Under the pieces are notes generated by a model, which was given only the letters and a program-made list of their open reading frames with translations, searched no databases and was not told the DNA's origin. Of a stretch of DNA of 64,000 nt, positions 57,504 through 64,000 are shown piece after piece (position 1 is the first letter of the stretch; the number at the start of each line of letters is the position of its first letter). Position numbers and translations under genes: made by a program. Source of the DNA: Bacteroidota bacterium (lineage in GTDB: Bacteria > Bacteroidota > Bacteroidia > NS11-12g > UBA955); the NCBI GenBank assembly GCA_041192805.1, contig JBEEMF010000086.1, positions 1,169-65,168 of the forward strand. The letters run 5' to 3'.

Positions 57504-59760
57504 TCGACGAGTTCTGTCCTTCCAAGTTAGTGATTTTCACAAAATACACCCCATTACTTAAGTCTTGTATCGGAATTCCAACGCCTTGTTCTCCAGAACC
57601 TAGGTGGGTTTTGTATTGCAATTGAGATTGTAAATTAAACAATTCAATTTTCCAATCAGACGTTGCTGCACCTTTTGAGCGACTGAGTACAACGATATTG
57701 GTTCCGGGATTCGGATACAAATTGGCAGCAATTGATTCAACGGACTTGACGTTTGAAGAGGGTTTTTTAGAATTCAAAGAATTTGCCCACATTAAACCAC
57801 CTCTACCCAATCCAAATACCATCTCTTGTAATGAATCACCCGTTAACTCGGCAAATGCTGGGACAACGCGCGAACCCATTTTAGGCATCGTAGAATCCGA
57901 CACGGTATATTGGAAAAACCAGCTACTATCCTCAAGTAATGAATCTGTATACGGATGTCCATCAATTTGATAAAGTCTAGTGTAACCATAGGCAGTACCA
58001 ACTATAAACTCCTGCTTACCATCGCGATTTAAGTCGGTCACTCTCGGCACTGCATAACCAAATGCTTTCCAATCGCCTGGGGTTACATCATCTCTCCATT
58101 CATTGCCACGTGCTCCCCATGCATTGCGCGTTTTGAGCGAATAATTATTATAGGTTTTATTTGCCGCTTCAAACAATGAAACGCGACCGTTGTAATAACC
58201 AACCAACAAATCCATGTTGCCATCGGCATTGTAATCATAGAGAAAAGGCGCTGCATTTGTCTCTCCCATTTCCATGGAAACCTTCAATAAATCTCGGGTT
58301 TTGTATACCCATTTCACTGGCTTGTTGGCGCCTGCAGTATTTTCATATAAGGCAATTCTACCATTAATTAATCCGATAATTAAATCCAAGTCCCCGTCGC
58401 TATCGATATCCCCCACACTAGGCACGATGTGTTGATAAGCCAAGTTCGACGAATCGGAGAATTTCATAAAATCTCTATCCTTAATCGAGAAAACAGGATT
58501 TTTAGCATTGCCTGTATTCTCAAACAAAGCAATTCGATCTCGTAATCCTTTTGTGATTTCATAATCACCATTGTTGGCTACCAGCAAATCTTGGTCACCA
58601 TCTGCATCAATATCAACAAAAACTGGGGCGGTGCGAGCACCTAAGTCCAATGTTTTATCTGCAAATAAGGTAGATTTCTCATACTGAAAATTGGGCTTAT
58701 TGCTTTGGCCTAAATTTTTATAATACCACACTTGATTGGTTTCTTTGACATCGGTAAAGTTGTTTGGGGCAATCACTAGGTCTTGAACGCCATCTCCACT
58801 AATATCTACCAAATAACCCGCTGGGAACATGATTTGGTTGGCTGCGACGGTATTTCTGGGAAAAATGGTATCATAGGCAACCATCGTATCGTAATAAGAT
58901 TTGGCCTGTGCTTTACCATTCTTCAAGTAGGTAAATCTTGGAAAACCGATATTTGAAATCATCAATTCCTTATCTCCATCGGCATCAGCATCGTACATCA
59001 AACAAGTTGCGCCGCCTGTATGTCGTGGCTTGAGTTTGTCTTTGTAAGGACATTCACCCAACATAATAGAATTATCGAACCCCTCATTAAAATACCCAAA
59101 GCAAACATCCATAATTTGAAACTCAAAGGTGTCTTTGGGCCATTTTTTATCAGCGCGTACATCTTTGAACAAACGGTAGGTATAATTGCCTTGATCGTAA
59201 GATAAAATGTCCAAATCCCCATCCCCATCGATGTCGGAAATTTCCGGCATATCAAACTTCGAAAAACTCAACGGGTTGTAAAGAATAGGCTGAGTAGAAT
59301 CATATTGATTTCGGTAATACCAAGGGCCAATGCCATTGAACTTCAACTTATTAGAACCTGCCGTTGTTTGGTTGATATAAATGAGCATATTACTACTCTC
59401 CGACAAGGTGAAAATATCCCATTTCCCGTCGCTGTTGATATCTGCAGTTTTATAATAGTACAATCCTTTGGGAAGCGATGCCTCATATTCCGGAGCGTAT
59501 TGAAAAACATCATTCTCAAGTCTCAAAAATGGCATAACCTTAGAATCATACCGATCAAAAACGATGATATCCAATAATTTATCTCCGTTTAGATCCATGT
59601 GTTGGAATTGCGGCGAATTAAAACCACCCCAAAACGGACTTTCTATTTGATTGGCCCCATCCATCAACTTGAAACCATTTTGATTGCTTCTGTAATTCAG
59701 TTGAGCATGAACGGCAGTCAATGAAAAATAGAGAATAACGAAAAGTAATAATTTACGCAT
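57481..59760 (-). CDS. FG-GAP/VCBS-repeat (integrin-alpha-like) secreted protein with T9SS type A C-terminal sorting domain
   Basis: Signal peptide. Many D.(D/N)GDGD.D(L/I) repeats. C-terminal LYPNPGTNIVVL...GVYFVKITN...IKLIVQH Por-tail pattern. Confidence 0.8.
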   Translation of the reverse strand: MRKLLLFVILYFSLTAVHAQLNYRSNQNGFKLMDGANQIESPFWGGFNSPQFQHMDLNGDKLLDIIVFDRYDSKVMPFLRLENDVFQYAPEYEASLPKGLYYYKTADINSDGKWDIFTLSESSNMLIYINQTTAGSNKLKFNGIGPWYYRNQYDSTQPILYNPLSFSKFDMPEISDIDGDGDLDILSYDQGNYTYRLFKDVRADKKWPKDTFEFQIMDVCFGYFNEGFDNSIMLGECPYKDKLKPRHTGGATCLMYDADADGDKELMISNIGFPRFTYLKNGKAQAKSYYDTMVAYDTIFPRNTVAANQIMFPAGYLVDISGDGVQDLVIAPNNFTDVKETNQVWYYKNLGQSNKPNFQYEKSTLFADKTLDLGARTAPVFVDIDADGDQDLLVANNGDYEITKGLRDRIALFENTGNAKNPVFSIKDRDFMKFSDSSNLAYQHIVPSVGDIDSDGDLDLIIGLINGRIALYENTAGANKPVKWVYKTRDLLKVSMEMGETNAAPFLYDYNADGNMDLLVGYYNGRVSLFEAANKTYNNYSLKTRNAWGARGNEWRDDVTPGDWKAFGYAVPRVTDLNRDGKQEFIVGTAYGYTRLYQIDGHPYTDSLLEDSSWFFQYTVSDSTMPKMGSRVVPAFAELTGDSLQEMVFGLGRGGLMWANSLNSKKPSSNVKSVESIAANLYPNPGTNIVVLSRSKGAATSDWKIELFNLQSQLQYKTHLGSGEQGVGIPIQDLSNGVYFVKITNLEGQNSSIKLIVQH

Positions 59761-59833
59761 AGGTTATGTTTCGTGAATATAACTCAGACAATCAATACAT
59801 TCAATTTGTGGCATGGGATTCTTGCAATAAATG

Positions 59834-59841
59834 CAAAAATA
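59834..59841 (-). promoter_or_regulatory. -7 promoter box TATTTTTG, 73 nt upstream of ATG 59760
   Basis: Plus strand CAAAAATA. This is the only exact box in the 168-nt divergent region oriented toward the minus-strand gene. Confidence 0.35.
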
Positions 59842-59916
59842 CAATCAGTTGCTCTGAAAAATTGGCCATCCTATTTTTTGGGGATTTATTGTTTGCATCG
59901 CACAATCGATTTGAAT

Positions 59917-59924
59917 TAGGTTTG
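59917..59924 (+). promoter_or_regulatory. -7 promoter box TAGGTTTG, 4 nt from ATG 59929 (murF); -33 TTTG at 59892-59895
   Basis: Exact TAnnTTTG with an upstream TTTG at a 21-nt spacer, the canonical Bacteroidetes promoter geometry. Confidence 0.6.
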
Positions 59925-59928
59925 AATT

Positions 59929-61248
59929 ATGGAATGGTCGGACTTCATCAATAAAATATACCCCGCGTTTATTGAATCAAATTACCAGCTAAGCACAGAT
60001 TCTAGGTCGCTAAAACCGGGCGATGTATTTTTATGTCTAAAGGGCGATCGATTTGATGGCAACCAATTCGCAGTGCAGGCCATAGAACAAGGAGCTCGCA
60101 TTGTAATCGTTGATAGTGACGCGTTAAAAAGCGATTCCCGGTTTGTTTATGTTGAAAACAGCCTCACCGCTTTGCAAGAATTGGCTAAACACCATTTCGC
60201 CCAAATGCCTTGCAAAAAGATTATTGTGGGTGGCAGCAATGGCAAAACGACCACGAAAGAGGTCAGCAGAACCGTGTTAAGTGCAGCCGGAATTACCTTG
60301 GCAACCCCAGGCAATTGGAACAACCACATCGGCGTTCCCCTCACATTGCTTAGCGTGACTCCTGCTCACGAATATGCAATTATCGAACTAGGCACCAACC
60401 ACCCCGGTGAGATGAAAGTGCTATGTGATTTGATTTCACCAGACGCTGGCATCATTACCAACATCGGAAAAGAACATTTAGAAGGTTTCGGAGATATCGA
60501 AACAGTTGCCAAAGAAGAAAGTGAAGTGTACCTCAGATTAATGTCGAACCATGGCTTGGCGATTGTCAACATCGACGATGATTGGCTAAACTCGATGAAG
60601 AAGCGACTAAACAATCAATTGACAATTAGCACATTAAACAAAGAGGCGGATTTCTTTGCTCAGATTCACGAAGAGATGCCGTTGTTAACCTTCGATTTGT
60701 ATCATCAGCAGGTTCTCGTTGGTTCTTTCTCTTCTTCTTTAAGCGGACGTTACAATGCCTATAACCTTCTGTTCGGCACAGCGCTTGGCGTATCTTATGG
60801 CTTAAATGCTGCTGAATCCATGTCGTTGGCATGTCAATATGTTCCCAGCAACAACCGCAGCGAATGGCGCACAATAAACGGCATTCAGATCTTCCTTGAT
60901 GCGTATAATGCAAATCCTAGCTCAATGAGCTTTGCCATCCAATCATTTGCGACCTTGAAGGGCAACAAGCAACTTTTCTTGGGGGATATGTTAGAACTGG
61001 GCGATCACAGCGAATCCGAACACATCGCATTGCTTGAACTTTGTAATACATTGGGAATACAAGAAAACACTTTCTTGGTTGGTGCGGAATTCTGCGAAGC
61101 CTGCCCAAATCACCCTTATCGCTTTAAAACGATAGACGCTTTATTGGCTTGGCTTGATACGCACCCAATTGAATGTGACTTCGCCTTTATCAAAGGAAGT
61201 CGCGGAATAAAGATGGAGCGTTTACTTGAGCATTTTCAATCCAAATAA
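59929..61248 (+). CDS. murF: UDP-N-acetylmuramoyl-tripeptide--D-alanyl-D-alanine ligase
   Basis: 439 aa. P-loop GGSNGKTTTKE and Mur-ligase central and C-terminal domains. Confidence 0.9.
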   Translation: MEWSDFINKIYPAFIESNYQLSTDSRSLKPGDVFLCLKGDRFDGNQFAVQAIEQGARIVIVDSDALKSDSRFVYVENSLTALQELAKHHFAQMPCKKIIVGGSNGKTTTKEVSRTVLSAAGITLATPGNWNNHIGVPLTLLSVTPAHEYAIIELGTNHPGEMKVLCDLISPDAGIITNIGKEHLEGFGDIETVAKEESEVYLRLMSNHGLAIVNIDDDWLNSMKKRLNNQLTISTLNKEADFFAQIHEEMPLLTFDLYHQQVLVGSFSSSLSGRYNAYNLLFGTALGVSYGLNAAESMSLACQYVPSNNRSEWRTINGIQIFLDAYNANPSSMSFAIQSFATLKGNKQLFLGDMLELGDHSESEHIALLELCNTLGIQENTFLVGAEFCEACPNHPYRFKTIDALLAWLDTHPIECDFAFIKGSRGIKMERLLEHFQSK

Positions 61249-61273
61249 AAAAGGAGGAAATTTCTTTCCTCCT
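61247..61273 (-). terminator. intrinsic terminator downstream of nuoH (may also serve murF)
   Basis: AGGAGGAAA-TTTC-TTTCCTCCT hairpin. On the minus strand it is followed by TTTTTTATTTGG. Confidence 0.75.
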
Positions 61274-61298
61274 CTGTATGAAATTCTATTGGATTAAC

Positions 61299-62330
61299 TT
61301 AGAATCCGTAGGTGTTGTATAACGATATAGCACCTGTAGCCAACATATTTAACAAGGCCAAAGGAATCATTGACTTCCAACCCAATCGCATCAACTGATC
61401 GTATCTAAAACGTGGCAATGTCCAACGGATCCACATAAATAAGAATACGAAGAAGAAGATTTTACCAAACATCACCGCAACTTGTGTCAATCCTAACCAT
61501 GTTGGATCTGTAATCAAATGCATACCTGGGAAGTTGTATCCTCCAAAGTAAACACAGGCCATAACGGCACTAGAAATAAACATATTGATGTATTCAGCAA
61601 ATAAGTAGAAACCCAATTTCATAGAAGAATATTCTACGTGGTAACCACCAATCAATTCTGTTTCACATTCGGCCAAATCAAACGGCGCACGGTTACATTC
61701 TGCCAAGGCGCATGTCAAAAACAATAAGAAACCTAGCGGCTGATACCAAACATTCCAGTTCAAACCTTGCTGCTGCTCAACCATCTCTTTCAAACTCAAC
61801 GTTCCGCTCATCATTACAACCGCGATCAAAGCCAAGCCCATACTAAGTTCGTAACTAATCATCTGCGCACTCGCACGAATTGCACCATACAATGAATATT
61901 TATTGTTCGATGCCCATCCGCCAATCATGATACCATAAACACCAATACTTACGATGCCCATGATATACAAAATACCAATGTTGACATCGGCAACCTGCAA
62001 TTGAACGGTTCTTCCGAAAATGGGCAAGGATGTACCCCATGGAATTACCGCACTTGTAATGGTAGCGACGATCATTGCAATGCCAGGACCCAAAATAAAG
62101 AGCCATTTCTCGGCATTTTTTGGGATGATTTCCTCCTTAAACAACAATTTACCTCCATCGGCAAATGGCTGAAATATACCAAAAGGACCTACCCTGTTTG
62201 GACCCAAACGATCCTGAAAGAAAGCGGCGATTTTTCTCTCGCCAAAGGTAAAATACAAGGCCATAACCAACGTGATCATTAATATCACGACGATAAGTAT
62301 GAGTTTCTCTAAAAATAATGCACTGTCCAT
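61299..62330 (-). CDS. nuoH: NADH-quinone oxidoreductase subunit H
   Basis: 343-aa polytopic protein with conserved NuoH blocks (ERKIAAFFQDRLGPNRVGP, NRAPFDLAECETEL). Confidence 0.95.
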   Translation of the reverse strand: MDSALFLEKLILIVVILMITLVMALYFTFGERKIAAFFQDRLGPNRVGPFGIFQPFADGGKLLFKEEIIPKNAEKWLFILGPGIAMIVATITSAVIPWGTSLPIFGRTVQLQVADVNIGILYIMGIVSIGVYGIMIGGWASNNKYSLYGAIRASAQMISYELSMGLALIAVVMMSGTLSLKEMVEQQQGLNWNVWYQPLGFLLFLTCALAECNRAPFDLAECETELIGGYHVEYSSMKLGFYLFAEYINMFISSAVMACVYFGGYNFPGMHLITDPTWLGLTQVAVMFGKIFFFVFLFMWIRWTLPRFRYDQLMRLGWKSMIPLALLNMLATGAISLYNTYGF

Positions 62331-62337
62331 AACTGTA

Positions 62338-63306
62338 TTAAGCTTTGTTTAATAAAGGAGTGTGCGCCGGCGCGTCTACCTCGTAATGGTTGGCAGAAAT
62401 CACTGAATTACGATCAATATGTCGTGGACCTTCAATTGTCCAATCGGATTTGTCTTTCTTTTCGAAACGACATTCATTGCAAATAAACTCTTTCACTTCA
62501 CCGTATTGGTCTTTGCGGGCAGTAACACGAGCCACTTCATCGCCAATCATCCAAACAACGGCTTTACCTGAACAGCATTTGCAATCTCTATGCGCATCCA
62601 TCGGCTTGGTATACCAAACACGAGAACGGAATCTAAACGTTTTATCTGTTAACGCACCCACTGGACAGACATCGATGACGTTTCCAATGAATTCATTCTT
62701 TAAATTCTTTTCGATAAAAGTCCCGATTTCAGCAGCATCACCACGATTTAGGATACCGTGTTCCCGTTGATCGGTCAATTGGTTTGCAGTATAAACACAA
62801 CGGTAACACAAAATACAACGCGTCATGTGCAACTTGATATATTCACCAATATCTACCTTATCAAAGGTTCTTCTTTCAAATTCGTAACGGGTATTGCTTT
62901 TGCCATGTTCGTAGGCCAAATTCTGTAGGTCACATTCACCCGCCTGGTCGCAAATTGGGCAATCCAATGGGTGATTGATCAAAAGCATTTCAACTACGCC
63001 AGCGCGTGCATCCATCACCTTTTCGCTGCTCTTGTTCTTCACTTCCATACCATCCATGATTGGCGTTGAGCAACTAGCCACCAATTTGGGCATGGGGCGA
63101 GGGTCTTTTTCAGAGCCTTTGCTTACCTCAACTAGACAGGTGCGACATTTACCGCCGCTACCTTCTAAACTGCTATAGTAGCACATGGCTGGGGGAACGA
63201 GATCACCGCCAATCAAACGTGCTGCATTGAGGATGGTGGTCCCTGGATCAACCTCCACTTCTACACCATCGATGGTTACTTTGAATTTTGGGTTAGTTTC
63301 TGACAT
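62338..63306 (-). CDS. nuoG: NADH-quinone oxidoreductase subunit G, short form (Fe-S N-terminal module only)
   Basis: 322 aa. 2Fe-2S (CYYSSLEGSGGKCRTCLV), HxxxC...C and 4Fe-4S (CILCYRCV) cluster motifs. No molybdopterin-like C-terminal domain. Confidence 0.88.
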   Translation of the reverse strand: MSETNPKFKVTIDGVEVEVDPGTTILNAARLIGGDLVPPAMCYYSSLEGSGGKCRTCLVEVSKGSEKDPRPMPKLVASCSTPIMDGMEVKNKSSEKVMDARAGVVEMLLINHPLDCPICDQAGECDLQNLAYEHGKSNTRYEFERRTFDKVDIGEYIKLHMTRCILCYRCVYTANQLTDQREHGILNRGDAAEIGTFIEKNLKNEFIGNVIDVCPVGALTDKTFRFRSRVWYTKPMDAHRDCKCCSGKAVVWMIGDEVARVTARKDQYGEVKEFICNECRFEKKDKSDWTIEGPRHIDRNSVISANHYEVDAPAHTPLLNKA

Positions 63307-63308
63307 AA

Positions 63309-64000
63309 TTATGCGTTAACTGGCTCAAATTTTTTCTCGGTTACTAAACCGTAATTTTTTGTTGTACAAAGTTTGGATTCATTCACGTGCCACTCAAATT
63401 CCTCTCTGAAATGTCGAATCGCAGCAGCAACGGGCCAAGCAGCAGCATCGCCCAAAGGGCAAATGGTATTGCCTTCAATTTTCCTCTGAATATCCCAAAG
63501 CAAATCGATGTCTTCCATTTTGCCATGTCCATATTCTAGTCGATGCAAAACTTTCTCCATCCAGCCGGTTCCTTCTCTACAAGGGCTGCACTGTCCGCAA
63601 CTTTCATGGTGATAAAAGCGCGTAAAATTCCACGTATTGCGAACAATACATTGGTCTTCATCATAAACGATAAAACCGCCCGATCCCAACATACTTCCGG
63701 TAGCAAATCCGCCATCAGACAAACTCTCGTACGACATTAATCGATCTTCACCTGCGGCGGTTTTACACACCAAATAGTGAGGTAAAATGGGTACAGAAGA
63801 ACCACCTGGCACACAGGCTTTCAACTTTTTACCGTTTTTCATTCCACCGCAATAGGTATCGGAGTAAATAAACTCTTCCACTGTAATACCCATATTGATT
63901 TCGTATACACCTGGATTATTGATATTTCCGGCAGCACTGATCAATTTAGTACCTGTACTTCTTCCAATGCCAAACTGAGCATACGCATCGCCCCCTTCAT
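63309..64000 (-). CDS. nuoF: NADH-quinone oxidoreductase subunit F, partial (N-terminus off the right edge)
   Basis: ESCGQCSPCREG 4Fe-4S motif. The frame stays open upstream of the ORF-track Met at 63944 through nt 63998. Confidence 0.9.
   Translation of the reverse strand, partial: EGGDAYAQFGIGRSTGTKLISAAGNINNPGVYEINMGITVEEFIYSDTYCGGMKNGKKLKACVPGGSSVPILPHYLVCKTAAGEDRLMSYESLSDGGFATGSMLGSGGFIVYDEDQCIVRNTWNFTRFYHHESCGQCSPCREGTGWMEKVLHRLEYGHGKMEDIDLLWDIQRKIEGNTICPLGDAAAWPVAAAIRHFREEFEWHVNESKLCTTKNYGLVTEKKFEPVNA

Noticed and set aside
59766-59954. 62-aa ORF with a CNKCKNTISC motif in the divergent region upstream of murF
   Set aside because: It runs across the canonical murF -33/-7 promoter and into the murF start codon. 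It has no promoter or SD of its own.
62338-63306. Truncated-looking NuoG (322 aa versus ~900 aa in E. coli) as a possible pseudogene
   Set aside because: The ORF is intact with all N-terminal Fe-S motifs and tight operon spacing. Short NuoG forms lacking the molybdopterin-like domain occur in several lineages, so this is most likely native.
1-64000. Search for CRISPR arrays, tRNA/rRNA/SRP/tmRNA genes, IS elements, integrases, reverse transcriptases, and toxin-antitoxin or restriction-type defence genes
   Set aside because: The longest non-coding gap is 218 nt (10704-10921). No intergenic region shows a tRNA cloverleaf, repeat-spacer periodicity, terminal inverted repeats or SRP domain IV-like sequence. 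All ORFs of 150 aa or more are accounted for by housekeeping or envelope functions.

Overview
This is a 64-kb chromosomal segment from a Bacteroidota-type genome. That assignment rests on the fused lpxC/fabZ, T9SS C-terminal sorting domains, an alternative complex III operon, TAnnTTTG promoters, near-absence of Shine-Dalgarno sites and about 40% GC; finer taxonomy cannot be called from sequence alone.

The window is tightly packed with about 49 protein genes, almost all core housekeeping:
- Translation and RNA: valS (partial), rpsA, serS, cca, rnr, fmt, rpmA-rplU.
- Respiration: complete actABCDEF, and nuoF (partial)-nuoG-nuoH.
- Envelope: lpxD-lpxC/fabZ-lpxA, murF, ftsE.
- Other metabolism and repair: map, a CBS-type PLP enzyme, ung, an SNF2 helicase, folC, a POT peptide transporter.
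- Two T9SS cargo proteins.

I found no rRNA, tRNA, CRISPR array, IS or transposon, integrase, or recognisable defence or toxin-antitoxin module. I cannot point to a clear-cut novel system.

The signals most worth a second look:
1. Eleven exact -7 promoter boxes lie only 4-8 nt from start codons. This implies widespread leaderless mRNAs and corrects several ORF-track starts.
2. Only two genes carry strong Shine-Dalgarno sites: rpsA, which also has a TTG start, and an ECF sigma factor.
3. A translationally coupled envelope cluster encodes an outer-membrane barrel, a bitopic HU-like/SPOR protein, a TonB-like protein and FolC.
4. An ECF sigma factor is paired with a cysteine-free, TM-less anti-sigma-like protein.
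5. Several domain-level oddities: an S1 C-terminal HhH tail, an ActF His-rich loop, a POT insertion domain, and a GT-C/TPR protein.

All functional calls come from motif and family recognition by eye. No database search was run.
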